This document shows, piece by piece, positions 1 through 9,537 of a stretch of DNA of 64,000 bases. Source of the DNA: an uncultured bacterium (GTDB lineage: Bacteria; Krumholzibacteriota; Krumholzibacteriia; Krumholzibacteriales; Krumholzibacteriaceae); the NCBI GenBank assembly GCA_965369375.1, contig CBDUQN010000003.1:20242-84241 (forward strand). Reading direction: 5' to 3'. Position 1 is the stretch's first letter; each line of letters starts with the position of its first letter. The notes beneath the pieces are model-generated. The model did no database searches. It saw only the letters and a list, made by a program, of their open reading frames with translations, and was not told the origin of the DNA. A program made the position numbers and the translations under genes.

Positions 1-193
1 CCGCAAGCCTGTTGATCGCCCTGTTTTCCGCATGTTCGCGGACACTGCAGGTGTTGACGAGTATGATGTCTGCATCGTCCGGCGAGGAAACCGTCTTGAA
101 TCCCTCGTCGGAGAGCATCGATTCGATGACTTCGGTGTCATAGGCGTTCATCTGACAGCCAAAGGTCTCACAGTAGAAGCTGTACTCTTTCAT
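1..193 (-). CDS. miaB: tRNA-2-methylthio-N6-dimethylallyladenosine synthase MiaB, N-terminal part (runs off the window edge)
   Basis: Manual translation from the ATG at 193 gives MKEYSFYCETFGCQMNAYDTE...DIILVNTCSVREHAE, the UPF0004 domain with MiaB-type TFGCQMN and NTCSVRE motifs. Overlaps the mtaB stop by 4 nt. Not in the ORF track. Confidence 0.88.
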   Translation of the reverse strand, partial: MKEYSFYCETFGCQMNAYDTEVIESMLSDEGFKTVSSPDDADIILVNTCSVREHAENRAINRLA

Positions 194-1569
194 GGGATGG
201 TTCCCAGTGCGCCGGCGCCGGGTGAGCAGCCGTCGTGAAGCGTTCTTCCGTACAGCCGGCCTCTCGAGTAATGGGTTATTCTCACAGCGACGAGCTTGCC
301 GGCGAGCTTCGAAGGACATCGAATGTACACTTCGCAATAATTGCCGGTGAGTGATCGGGAGAACCGGGAAAAACGGTGCGTCGGGCCCTGGACGAGCGCC
401 GACTCGACGCCGCCGACGCGCGACTGCAGGAATTCTCTCTTTTTCAGTTTGCCCAGTCTGATGAGTTTCTTGCTGCGGCGCTTTTTCACTTCGGGAGGTA
501 CCTGCCCCGGCATCACGGAGGCCTCCGTACCAGGACGCTTCGAGAAGCTGAATACATGAAAATAGCTCAGGGGCAGCTCCTTCACGAAGGCGTATGTATT
601 TGCGAAATGCTCATCGTGTTCGCCCGGAAATCCAACGATGATATCGGTACCTACTGAAATGCCGCTGCAGGCGTCTACCACGCCATCGATTTTGCTCCTG
701 AACTGCGCGGTGTCGTAGTTTCTGTTCATGGCCCCGAGAATCGAATCGTCTCCGCTCTGGAGCGGGATATGAAGGTGTGAGGCGATTCGATCCGATGCCG
801 AGAACAATGACAGCAATCGGGGTGTGATTTCGTTCACTTCGATACTGCTGAGACGTATCCGTACCCGCTCGGTTTGCTCGAGAATCGTATTCAGGAGCCC
901 GGAGAGACTGTTCTCCGGCGAGAGATCCAGGCCGTAGCGTCCGATATGGATGCCGGTCAGTACGATTTCATTGAATCCGTTTTCTTGGAGGATTCCGATC
1001 TGGTCAAGCACTTCGCCGGCTGGAACGCTTCGGCTTTGTCCCCGCGCCCGGGGGATAATACAGTAGCTGCACGCTGAATTGCATCCCTCCTGAATCTTGA
1101 TGAATGCTCTCGAGTGATCGAGAAAATCGTCGATAACAATCGCGTTCCGTTCTTCCGGTTCATCGAGTGTTCCTTTTTCGTGCGTCACGCCGTTCGAATG
1201 TTCATCTATCATTCTGTTCAGGATGCCCGGCAGCGCCTGCTTGTCCCTGTTGCCGAAAACATGATCGACTTCGGGCATGCGCTCGAGATTGTGCGGCTGC
1301 GTCTCGGCGTAACAGCCGGTTACGACGATAACGGCGTTCGGAGAGACCCGTTTCGCCCTTCTGATGGCGTTTCGGCAGCGTGAATCGGTCTTCCCCGTAA
1401 CCGTGCAGGAGTTGATGATATAGTAGTCGGCCCCCTCATCGAATCGCCGGTGCAGCCAGTTCGATCTGACAAGGGATTGTCTGATGCACTCGGACTCGTA
1501 TTGATTGAGTTTGCATCCGAGAGTGATGATAGAGAAAGACTTTTTTGATTCTCCGCGAGAATTCATCAT
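190..1569 (-). CDS. mtaB: tRNA threonylcarbamoyladenosine methylthiotransferase MtaB (radical SAM)
   Basis: TLGCKLNQYES, INSCTVT, GCYA, and radical SAM motif CNSACSYC; MtaB-type RIRLSSIE and HLHIPLQSGDD. Confidence 0.9.
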   Translation of the reverse strand: MMNSRGESKKSFSIITLGCKLNQYESECIRQSLVRSNWLHRRFDEGADYYIINSCTVTGKTDSRCRNAIRRAKRVSPNAVIVVTGCYAETQPHNLERMPEVDHVFGNRDKQALPGILNRMIDEHSNGVTHEKGTLDEPEERNAIVIDDFLDHSRAFIKIQEGCNSACSYCIIPRARGQSRSVPAGEVLDQIGILQENGFNEIVLTGIHIGRYGLDLSPENSLSGLLNTILEQTERVRIRLSSIEVNEITPRLLSLFSASDRIASHLHIPLQSGDDSILGAMNRNYDTAQFRSKIDGVVDACSGISVGTDIIVGFPGEHDEHFANTYAFVKELPLSYFHVFSFSKRPGTEASVMPGQVPPEVKKRRSKKLIRLGKLKKREFLQSRVGGVESALVQGPTHRFSRFSRSLTGNYCEVYIRCPSKLAGKLVAVRITHYSRGRLYGRTLHDGCSPGAGALGTIP

Positions 1570-1579
1570 TCACCGCTTC

Positions 1580-1617
1580 AAAATAGTAAAGAGAGGGTGA
1601 AGATCCCACCCTCTCTT
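1580..1617 (-). terminator. Rho-independent terminator after rpsA
   Basis: Inverted repeat AAGAGAGGGTG (1589-1599) / CACCCTCTCTT (1607-1617), followed on the minus strand by a T-rich run. Confidence 0.75.
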
Positions 1618-1652
1618 CCTCAGATACGCATAGCTGTGGTATACGTTTGAAC

Positions 1653-3785
1653 CTATTCTTTCTTTTCTTCTTCGGGAGCCGGTGGGGAATCCGTTTCGGC
1701 CGCTTCGGAAGATTCCGGTTCTTGCGCCGGGCGTTCTTCGGCTTCGGCCGACCGTGGAGCTTCCTCCGGCTCTTCCTCGTCATGCGCGACTGCAGCGTCG
1801 TCGGGCACCGGATGCGGGACTGCCGCGTCGTCGGGCACCGGATGCGCGACTGCCGCGTCGTCGGGCACCGGCTCCTCACCAGTTAGCGGTTCAGGCACGG
1901 ATTCGGTGACGGGAGCTTCGATATCCGTTTCAGGTTCCTCAGGCGCTTTTTCGTCCCGCGTTTCGACGGGGGCCTCACTTTCGGGCGCCTCTCTCTTGAG
2001 GTCCCTGTCTTTCTTCATGAAACGCTTTTTGAACTCGGCGATCTGTTCCGGGCTCTTGTCCTCGAGGTACGCCGTTACACTCAAAACGATGCGCTTGTTC
2101 TGCGGATCCATCTTGATGACCCTGCAGGGAATCTCCATGTCGCTCTTGAAATATTCGGACGGTTTCTTCAATCCATCGAGTCCGAGGTGAGACACGGGGA
2201 TGAAGCCTTCGACGTCCGCTTTCAGTTCGACAACGGCGCCGCGATCGAGAAGTCTCGTGATCTTTCCGGAGATTTCGGTGCCGATTGTAAATTCCTTCGC
2301 GAGCTCCGTCCAGGGATTCTCGCGGGTCTGCTTTATGCCGAGGCTGATACGCCGCTTGCTGCTGTCGATTTCGAGCACTACGATTTCGACATCATCGCCC
2401 TTCTTGACGAATTCCGAAGGATGGCGTACCCGCTTCGCCCAGGACATATCGGAGATATGAACGAGACCGTCGATTCCGTCCTCTATCTCGACAAAAGCGC
2501 CGAAGTTCGTCAGATTTCTCACCTTGCCCTTCAAGCGTGTTCCCGGGGGGTACTTGTTCTCGAGGGCTTTCCACGGATCCGGTTCGAGCTGTTTGAGGCC
2601 CAGCGAGATCTTTTCGTGCTCCTTGTCGATATTGAGCACCACCGCTTCGACCGTGTCTCCGATTGCTACAACCTTCGAAGGATGCTTTACATGGCGTGTC
2701 CAAGACATCTCGGAAATATGAATCAATCCCTCGATTCCCTTCTCGAGCTCGACGAAGGCGCCGTAATCGGTGATCGAGACCACCTTTCCGCGCATCTTCT
2801 TTCCGATGGGATACCGTTCCTCTACCCCTTCCCACGGGTACGGCGTAAGTTGCTTGAGACCGAGCGAAATCCGCTCTCTGGCAGGATCGAAATCGAGTAT
2901 TTTGACTTTCAGCTGATCGCTGATAGCCACGACCTCCGAAGGATGGCTCACCCGCCCCCATGTGAGATCGGTGAGGTGCAAGAGACCATCGATTCCGCCG
3001 AGGTCGACAAATGCACCGAAGTCGGTGATGTTTTTCACAATGCCTTCCCGTTCCTGCCCGACTTCGAGCTCTGCGAGGAGTTGCTTTTTCTTTTCCTCCC
3101 GCTCCTTTTCGAGCACTACCCGTCTCGAAACTACGATATTCCGCCTTCTCTTGTTCAGCTTGATGATTTTGACATCGAGTTCCTGTCCAATGAGCTCATC
3201 GAGATTCGGGACCTGTCGGAGCGCGATCTGGGAACCGGGAAGAAAGGCCTCGACTCCCATAAGCTTCACAACGAGTCCGCCCTTGATGCGCTTGTCGGCA
3301 CATGCCTTGACGACTGTTCTGTTATCGTAAGATTTCTTGATATCGTCCCAGGCCCTGAGAAAGTCCGCCTTTTCCTTCGAAAGAACAATGAGGCCGTCCT
3401 GGTTTTCCATCTTCTCGAGTAAGACGTGGAATATATCGCCGTATTTGACTTCCTTGCAATCGGCGAATTCATTTATCGGGATCGTTCCTTCGCTCTTGAA
3501 GCCGACGTCGAGTATTACTTCCTTCTCCGTCACCGAATAAACGGTTCCCTCTACTATGTTTCCTTCACGGAGATCCTTCGTTTTAATGTTTATGCCGGCG
3601 AGGGCTTCGGCCCAGTCCGTTTCTTCCTGAATCTCTCCACTCAACTCATCCGTTTTGACCTTTTCGAAGATTTCCAGATATGACGGCGCATTTCTCTGCG
3701 TGGCCGTTCTTGCAACCTCCTCATCAGGTTTTCCCGTGTTCACCTCGGGGTTGGTTTTTGATCCTCTCAGATTCTCTTCTTGCAT
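1653..3785 (-). CDS. rpsA: 30S ribosomal protein S1 with N-terminal extension and long acidic C-terminal tail
   Basis: Repeated S1 domains (ITDFGAFVDLGGIDGLLH, ITDYGAFVELEKGIEGLIHISE, LTNFGAFVEIEDGIDGLVHIS); AGGAGG SD; position after ispH. Confidence 0.97.
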   Translation of the reverse strand: MQEENLRGSKTNPEVNTGKPDEEVARTATQRNAPSYLEIFEKVKTDELSGEIQEETDWAEALAGINIKTKDLREGNIVEGTVYSVTEKEVILDVGFKSEGTIPINEFADCKEVKYGDIFHVLLEKMENQDGLIVLSKEKADFLRAWDDIKKSYDNRTVVKACADKRIKGGLVVKLMGVEAFLPGSQIALRQVPNLDELIGQELDVKIIKLNKRRRNIVVSRRVVLEKEREEKKKQLLAELEVGQEREGIVKNITDFGAFVDLGGIDGLLHLTDLTWGRVSHPSEVVAISDQLKVKILDFDPARERISLGLKQLTPYPWEGVEERYPIGKKMRGKVVSITDYGAFVELEKGIEGLIHISEMSWTRHVKHPSKVVAIGDTVEAVVLNIDKEHEKISLGLKQLEPDPWKALENKYPPGTRLKGKVRNLTNFGAFVEIEDGIDGLVHISDMSWAKRVRHPSEFVKKGDDVEIVVLEIDSSKRRISLGIKQTRENPWTELAKEFTIGTEISGKITRLLDRGAVVELKADVEGFIPVSHLGLDGLKKPSEYFKSDMEIPCRVIKMDPQNKRIVLSVTAYLEDKSPEQIAEFKKRFMKKDRDLKREAPESEAPVETRDEKAPEEPETDIEAPVTESVPEPLTGEEPVPDDAAVAHPVPDDAAVPHPVPDDAAVAHDEEEPEEAPRSAEAEERPAQEPESSEAAETDSPPAPEEEKKE
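1782..1871. repeat. 3 x 30-bp in-frame tandem repeat in the rpsA tail (PVPDDAAV[A/P]H)
   Basis: ATGCG(C/G)GACTGC(A/C)GCGTCGTCGGGCACCGG at 1782, 1812 and 1842. Confidence 0.95.
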
Positions 3786-3826
3786 TAATAAATCTCCTCC
3801 TTACGTATTGGATTTTAGCAGGTTAT

Positions 3827-3855
3827 ATGATAAGTGCTTTTGCTGCTGCATGCAA
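3827..3855 (-). promoter_or_regulatory. sigma70-type promoter for rpsA
   Basis: Minus strand TTGCAT-17 nt-TATCAT, about 40 nt upstream of the rpsA ATG. Confidence 0.6.
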
Positions 3856-3883
3856 GCCATTTCTTGGGCCGACGGATGAGAGT

Positions 3884-4744
3884 TCACGCATTCGAGGGAA
3901 TCTCGTTAAGTCGATCGAGGACGGCATCGATTACCCAGTCGGGCGTCGATGTTCCAGTGATGAGCCCAACACGTTTCGAGCTCTCGAACCATGTTTCGTC
4001 TATCTCGTCCGCTGTTTCGATGAATTTCGTCTCGATCCCGGCATCGAGGCACATCTGGAATAATCTCCGCGTATTAGAGCTCTTTCTCCCTCCTACGATA
4101 AGCATGAGGTCAACATGCTCGGCCAGTTCGAGGGTCGCCTCGCGTCTGAGCACGGTCGCCTGGCATATCGTGTCGTAGACTAGCAGATCGGGTACCAGTC
4201 CGGCGAGCACTTCGATAATCTCATTCGCCTTTTCCCGGGAAAAGGTTGTCTGTATAACGACTCCGGCTTTCGAAATACCTTCTATCTTCTCGGCTCCATT
4301 TACGGAATTAATGATAAACGCTTTATTTCCCGCGTGAGACGAGATGCCCCGGACCTCGGGGTGATCGCTGTCACCGATGATGATGACCTGGTAAGATTCT
4401 TCCGAGAGTTTCATTACATGCTTCTGGCTTTTCAGTACGAACGGGCATGTGGCGTCTATCAGTTTGATTCCCCGCCGTTTCGCCTCCTCAATCAGGTTGG
4501 GTTGCGCTCCGTGGGCGCGTATCACGAGCGTGGAACCCTCTTCTATTTTGTCGAGGGAGTAAACCGGTTCGACTCCCTGTGATCTGAGCTTCTCTACCGC
4601 CTGGATGTTGTGAATTACTTCACCGAGCGTGTATATCTTGCCCCCATGCTCCTCGAGTCCCTGCTCGATGAGACGCATCGCCCTCTTTACGCCGAAGCAG
4701 TATCCCGTGTAGGGAGAGAGTATTATTTCAAGCTTCTGCTTCAT
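3884..4744 (-). CDS. ispH: 4-hydroxy-3-methylbut-2-enyl diphosphate reductase
   Basis: GYCFGVKRA, IRAHG, DATCPFV, HPEV, TICQAT, SSNT and GTSTP motifs. Confidence 0.96.
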   Translation of the reverse strand: MKQKLEIILSPYTGYCFGVKRAMRLIEQGLEEHGGKIYTLGEVIHNIQAVEKLRSQGVEPVYSLDKIEEGSTLVIRAHGAQPNLIEEAKRRGIKLIDATCPFVLKSQKHVMKLSEESYQVIIIGDSDHPEVRGISSHAGNKAFIINSVNGAEKIEGISKAGVVIQTTFSREKANEIIEVLAGLVPDLLVYDTICQATVLRREATLELAEHVDLMLIVGGRKSSNTRRLFQMCLDAGIETKFIETADEIDETWFESSKRVGLITGTSTPDWVIDAVLDRLNEIPSNA

Positions 4745-6092
4745 GTTTCAGCATCTCCATCTCATTATGAACCATCGAGCTGAGAACCTGATAGTCCGTT
4801 TTCTTTTCCGGTGAAGCGTATCCGTCCGGGATCCGTATCGGCGGACCGATATGAACGGCGAGCCGTTCCTTTCTGAGCATGCAGGCTCTGAGCTTGTTGG
4901 ACCCCATTACGTAGATGGGAACGATGCTTCTGCCCGTATTGAGCGCGATGAATCCGAGACCGCCTTTGAGTGGAGCGATTTCACCCGTCTTCGACCTCGT
5001 CCCTTCGGGAAACATGAGAATGGAATCGTTACCCTTGAGTTTGCTCATTACGAGACGTAGCGTTTTGCGATCGATTTGGTCGCGATCGACCGCTATCGCA
5101 TTGTACTTTCGTATCAGCCAGCCGAATAATCTGTTTCTGAAGAGCTCCTTCTTGGCCATGTACCATACCTCTCGATTCAATGTGCACCCGACAATCGGGG
5201 GGTCGGCGTATGCGAGATGGTTGCTGGCCAAAATAAAGTTTTCCCGGTAACGCAGGTTTTCCTCTCCGCTGATTCTCAATCCGAAAAGGATCTTGAAGGA
5301 TGCGCGTATCAGGAAATACGCAATACGGTAGTTGAAGTCCATTCTATTAAACGGATCCTTCCCCCGCCGCCATACCTTGAGATCCGCCAACCGCACCGAG
5401 ACCTCGCGCGTGAGAGACTCGATGATGTGAACCTGTTCTTCGATCGTCATGTCCGAAGTGTCTATAACGAGCGATCCCGGGGGACGAAGCAAGGGACTGT
5501 GTTCACGGCTCGAGTCGATCGAGTCTCTTCCGAGGATATTTTCCCTTGCTTCTTCGATATTTTGCTCTATTCCCATGCGTACGAGCTGATCGACTCTTCT
5601 CGATGCCCTCGTTTCGATATCGGCCACGAGAAAGATCTTCACATGCGCAAACGGGAATACGACGGAACCGGTGTCACGACCCTCCGCAATGATTCCACCG
5701 CGGGAAGCGATCCTTCTCTGAATCTTTACCATCGCATTTCTCACGCCCCTATGCCGGCTGACGGGAGAAACATGCCGTGATATTTCCGGGTCACGTATCT
5801 CCCGCTCGATGTTTCTGCCTGAGAGGTGCAGCGCCGGTTTGCCGTCAACCGTCTTCAATTCGAGATCGAGCGATTCCGCCACGCGGGAGGCTCTTTCACC
5901 GTCATCGGGCTCTATCTGCTGTTTGAGCACCTGATGGGTCACGGCGCGGTACATCGCTCCGGTATCGAGATAGGTGAGTCCGAGACGTTGCGCGAGTAAT
6001 GCCGCCGTCGTGCTCTTGCCCGATCCGGCGGGACCGTCGATCGTGATGACGAGACTCTTCAAGATTTCCTGTATTTTCTGGTTTCTGTCCAT
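4728..6092 (-). CDS. cmk: Cytidylate kinase fused to 1-acyl-sn-glycerol-3-phosphate acyltransferase (Cmk-PlsC)
   Basis: N-half: IDGPAGSGKST, YLDTGAMYR, EGRDTG. C-half: NHLAYAD (HxxxxD) and FPEGTRS. Confidence 0.93.
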   Translation of the reverse strand: MDRNQKIQEILKSLVITIDGPAGSGKSTTAALLAQRLGLTYLDTGAMYRAVTHQVLKQQIEPDDGERASRVAESLDLELKTVDGKPALHLSGRNIEREIRDPEISRHVSPVSRHRGVRNAMVKIQRRIASRGGIIAEGRDTGSVVFPFAHVKIFLVADIETRASRRVDQLVRMGIEQNIEEARENILGRDSIDSSREHSPLLRPPGSLVIDTSDMTIEEQVHIIESLTREVSVRLADLKVWRRGKDPFNRMDFNYRIAYFLIRASFKILFGLRISGEENLRYRENFILASNHLAYADPPIVGCTLNREVWYMAKKELFRNRLFGWLIRKYNAIAVDRDQIDRKTLRLVMSKLKGNDSILMFPEGTRSKTGEIAPLKGGLGFIALNTGRSIVPIYVMGSNKLRACMLRKERLAVHIGPPIRIPDGYASPEKKTDYQVLSSMVHNEMEMLKHEAEA

Positions 6093-6144
6093 TTGAGGAA
6101 AAGTACAGATGACGATCGTAGCGTTATCTGAATCCGCTCTATAG

Positions 6145-7251
6145 TTACACAGGTTTCAGAAGTTCTTTGATGGCATCGATGAATTTCTTGTTCTCGTTCG
6201 GCGTGCCTATCGTTACTCTGAATGATTCCTCCCCGAGGCCGAATGGCTTCATTCCCCTTACGATGATTCCCATATCCATCAGTTTATTGATGATATTTCC
6301 GTTCTCCCTCGGCGGAATAACGAGAAGGAAGTTCGTCTGCGAGGGAGGAACGGTAAAGCCGAGTCCGAGGAGCTCCTGCCTGATATGTTTCTTCTGAAGT
6401 TCGTTTTCTTCCTTGCGTACGGCTATCTTGTCGAAGTGCTCGAGCGCCGCCCGCGACGCCGCCTGCGCGATCCGGTTTACGTTGAATGGTTGTCTGACCT
6501 TGTGCAGGCAGGTAACGGTATCCTTGTGTGATATCGAATATCCGACCCTCAGGCCGGAGAGGGAATGAATCTTTGAAAAGGTTCTCAGGACGACGATATT
6601 GTCCCTTTCCTTGAGCAGCTTGAGGGTATCGGGAAAGTCATGGGCGGTAACGTATTCAAAATATGCTTCATCGAATAAGACGAAGATGTCCGGCCGCAGG
6701 TCCTCGAGAAACCGTTCGACTTCGTCCTTTGTGACATACGTTCCTGTTGGATTATTCGGATTGCAGATAAAGATGATCTTTGTCTTCAGGGTCACACGCT
6801 GTTTAATCGCCTGAAGGTCGAGGCGGTAATCTTTCAGAGGCACTTCGAACGCTTTCACGCCGGCCAACTGGGAGACGATCGGATATATGATGAAGCTCGG
6901 AAAAGGGTAGATGATCTCTTCATCGGGTTTGGCGAAGACGCGGACGAACAGATCTATAATTTCATTCGAGCCGTTGCCGACAAATATCTGGTCGTGATCA
7001 ACGCCGAGATATTCGGCGAGTTCTCTCGTGAGGTAGAAACATCCCGAGTTGGGGTATCTGTTTATATTGCTCAATTCACCTTGGATCGCCTGCATCACTT
7101 CATCGATCGGAGGATACGGATTCTCATTCGAAGCGAGCTTGACAATTTCACCTTCGAACTGCTTTTCCCTCCTGAATTCTTCGATCGGCTTGCCGGGAAC
7201 GTACGGCTTCACGCTTTTCAGGTGAGTCTGCAGCTTGTCCTTTATGTCCAT
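6145..7251 (-). CDS. hisC: Histidinol-phosphate aminotransferase
   Basis: KLASNENP, GNGSNEII, CNPNNPTG, DEAYFEY, RTFSK...GLRVGY (PLP lysine). Confidence 0.93.
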   Translation of the reverse strand: MDIKDKLQTHLKSVKPYVPGKPIEEFRREKQFEGEIVKLASNENPYPPIDEVMQAIQGELSNINRYPNSGCFYLTRELAEYLGVDHDQIFVGNGSNEIIDLFVRVFAKPDEEIIYPFPSFIIYPIVSQLAGVKAFEVPLKDYRLDLQAIKQRVTLKTKIIFICNPNNPTGTYVTKDEVERFLEDLRPDIFVLFDEAYFEYVTAHDFPDTLKLLKERDNIVVLRTFSKIHSLSGLRVGYSISHKDTVTCLHKVRQPFNVNRIAQAASRAALEHFDKIAVRKEENELQKKHIRQELLGLGFTVPPSQTNFLLVIPPRENGNIINKLMDMGIIVRGMKPFGLGEESFRVTIGTPNENKKFIDAIKELLKPV

Positions 7252-7265
7252 ATTTGGTTTCTCCT

Positions 7266-8003
7266 TCAGACCAATCCCGTCAGTTCACGCAGGCGATTTT
7301 CTTCTTCCTCCGTCAGGAGTCTGATATCTCCTGTTTGTAAATCTCTAAATTCGAGATCGCCCATTGCGCTTCTGTGCAGTTTGAGAACCGTGTGCCCGAA
7401 ATGTGAAAACATTCTTCTGACTTGCCGCTTACGCCCCTCTTTAAGAATAACCTCGAGTTTCGTATGGTCCCTATCCCTGTCGAGGATAGTTACCTTGCAT
7501 GGCAGCGTCGAAAAGTCGCCATGCCGTATCCCCGATTCCAAGTTTCGCACCGTTTCGTCCGACACCATCCCTTCGACCGTTACGCGGTACGTCTTCTCGA
7601 TCTTGAAACGGGGATGGGTCAGACGATACGCCAGATCCCCGTCGTTCGTGATGATCAGAATACCGGATGTATCGAGATCCAGCCGGCCTACCGGGAACAA
7701 CCGCTCGGTGTACCCTTTTTCCCGCACCAGGTTTATTACCGTTTTCCTGTTGAACGAGTCACTTGCGGTGCTGAGCACTCCCGTTGGTTTGTTCAGTACG
7801 AGAACGAGTCTCTTTTGGTTCCAGAGAACCTTCTTTCCATCGACCGTGACCCGGTCCCTGCGAGGATCGATTTTCAGCTTGAAGTTCTCGATCCTCTCTC
7901 CATTAACGCATACGACTCCACTCTTTATAAGCTCCTCGCATTTCCTCCTCGCGCCCAATCCCGCCGTCGCGAGGTATCGGTTGATCCTAACCAGTTCGGT
8001 CAT
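7266..8003 (-). CDS. rluB: RsuA/RluB-family 23S rRNA pseudouridine synthase
   Basis: S4 domain, LNKPTG, GRLDLDTSG (catalytic Asp), EGRKRQVRRM; scpA-scpB-rluB synteny. Confidence 0.85.
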   Translation of the reverse strand: MTELVRINRYLATAGLGARRKCEELIKSGVVCVNGERIENFKLKIDPRRDRVTVDGKKVLWNQKRLVLVLNKPTGVLSTASDSFNRKTVINLVREKGYTERLFPVGRLDLDTSGILIITNDGDLAYRLTHPRFKIEKTYRVTVEGMVSDETVRNLESGIRHGDFSTLPCKVTILDRDRDHTKLEVILKEGRKRQVRRMFSHFGHTVLKLHRSAMGDLEFRDLQTGDIRLLTEEEENRLRELTGLV

Positions 8004-8704
8004 TCTCCGTTCGGCCGGCTGCCGCCATCCGCTCCGGTCTCGTGCTCGGCGGTGACATCTGGATTATCCGCTTCCGTTTCCTCTTTCGGCATGACGGCCG
8101 TCCGGCTTTGCAGAGCGGTATCTTCGACGTCTCCGAGATCCCCGAGATTTTTCTCGAGCTCTTCAATACTCGGCAGATCCCGATAGTCCTTCAGACCGAG
8201 ATATTCTAGGAATTTCCTCGTTGTCGAGTAGAGGTAGGGTCTTCCGACACCATCTCCCCTGCCGGTTATCGTAATGAGATCCCGGTCGGTCAGTGTCGCA
8301 AGAACGCCATCGCAATTCACGCCGCGAATCGCTTCAATCTGCATTCTGCTGATCGGCTGCTTGTAGGCGACGATGGCGAGGGTTTCGAGCGAAGGCTTTG
8401 AAAGCCGGGCCTTTCTCCTGCTCTTGAAGAGCTTGACAACGATCGGCGAAAACTCAGGCAAAGTCGTTACCTGGTAACCGCCTGCCACCTCGACGATCTC
8501 GAAGCTTCTCATATGGGAACTGTAAAAGTCCGAGAGTGATGCGATCGCCGCCCGGATATCTTTCGTTGAAGAGGTTCCGGTAATAGCCGCGAGCCTGCCG
8601 GGGGAAAGAGGAGTATCCGAGGCGAACAGCAGTGCTTCGATCATCCTCTCGAGCCGGTTTTGCTCAATGGTCGCGTTTCTCCCTTGTTCTGTCCGTTCCG
8701 TCAT
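8000..8704 (-). CDS. scpB: Segregation and condensation protein B (start uncertain; ATG at 8704 chosen)
   Basis: IEALLFAS, LETLAIVAYKQP, IRGVN, GRPYLYSTT..FLEYLGL..LP. Confidence 0.93.
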   Translation of the reverse strand: MTERTEQGRNATIEQNRLERMIEALLFASDTPLSPGRLAAITGTSSTKDIRAAIASLSDFYSSHMRSFEIVEVAGGYQVTTLPEFSPIVVKLFKSRRKARLSKPSLETLAIVAYKQPISRMQIEAIRGVNCDGVLATLTDRDLITITGRGDGVGRPYLYSTTRKFLEYLGLKDYRDLPSIEELEKNLGDLGDVEDTALQSRTAVMPKEETEADNPDVTAEHETGADGGSRPNGE

Positions 8705-9425
8705 CCGTGTGAATATATGGTGAAACCCCCGGCCTGTAAAGCCAGATGTCCGATTCATTCGACATCTGCCGCGCCACGATCTCACCGAGCCGGATCAGCT
8801 CCAGAATAGAAAGGAACGTAACGATAACGTTCATCCTGTCGAAGCCGTCTTGAAATAGCTCGGTGAACAATACTTCGGATTGCTTGCTGATCATATCCCG
8901 TATGGCCTCGATGCGTTCCTCGGTCGTAATCGAGTCGCGCTCGATCGTGTAGGACACCTGCATCTTCAGATCGTCGAGCACCTTGCGGAAGGCTTCGACG
9001 AGATCGAAGAGCGTAACCTCCATCGGCTGCACGAGATCATCCTCGATCTCCGGCGTCGGAACAGCTCTCGTATATACCCTTCTCCTGTCCGCCTCACGCT
9101 CGGCGAAATGCTCCGCCGCCCCCTTGTACTTTCTGTATTCGATGAGGTTCCGAACCAGTTCGTCGCGGGGATCTTCCTCCTCTTCTTCTTCGAGACGCCG
9201 GGGCAGGAGCATCTGAGCCTTGATCCTCATGAGCGTCGCCGCCATAACGAAGAACTCGCCCGCCACCTCGAGCTCGAGTTCCTTCATGATCTCTATGAAC
9301 GAGAGGTATTCACGGGTGATGTGCGAGATGGGGATATCGTAAATATTGATTTTGTCTCTTCTTATCAGATGCAGCAGAAGATCGAGTGGGCCTTCGAATT
9401 GCTTGAGGCATACGTGGTAACTCAT
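8664..9425 (-). CDS. scpA: Segregation and condensation protein A (kleisin)
   Basis: FEGPLDLLLHLI, IKAQMLLP, DPRDELV, VTFLSILEL. Confidence 0.95.
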   Translation of the reverse strand: MSYHVCLKQFEGPLDLLLHLIRRDKINIYDIPISHITREYLSFIEIMKELELEVAGEFFVMAATLMRIKAQMLLPRRLEEEEEEDPRDELVRNLIEYRKYKGAAEHFAEREADRRRVYTRAVPTPEIEDDLVQPMEVTLFDLVEAFRKVLDDLKMQVSYTIERDSITTEERIEAIRDMISKQSEVLFTELFQDGFDRMNVIVTFLSILELIRLGEIVARQMSNESDIWLYRPGVSPYIHTDDGTDRTREKRDH

Positions 9426-9499
9426 AAACTGGTTTTTCCGGCTCCTTCCCTCCCTCCTCCCGAGGGGATTCTATCAACATCCCATACGGATAGCACACT

Positions 9500-9528
9500 A
9501 TGCTATGAGAACGTCTTAACCCTGTCAA
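9500..9528 (-). promoter_or_regulatory. sigma70-type promoter for the scpA operon
   Basis: Minus strand TTGACA-17 nt-TAGCAT. Confidence 0.7.
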
Positions 9529-9537
9529 CTCTTTACT

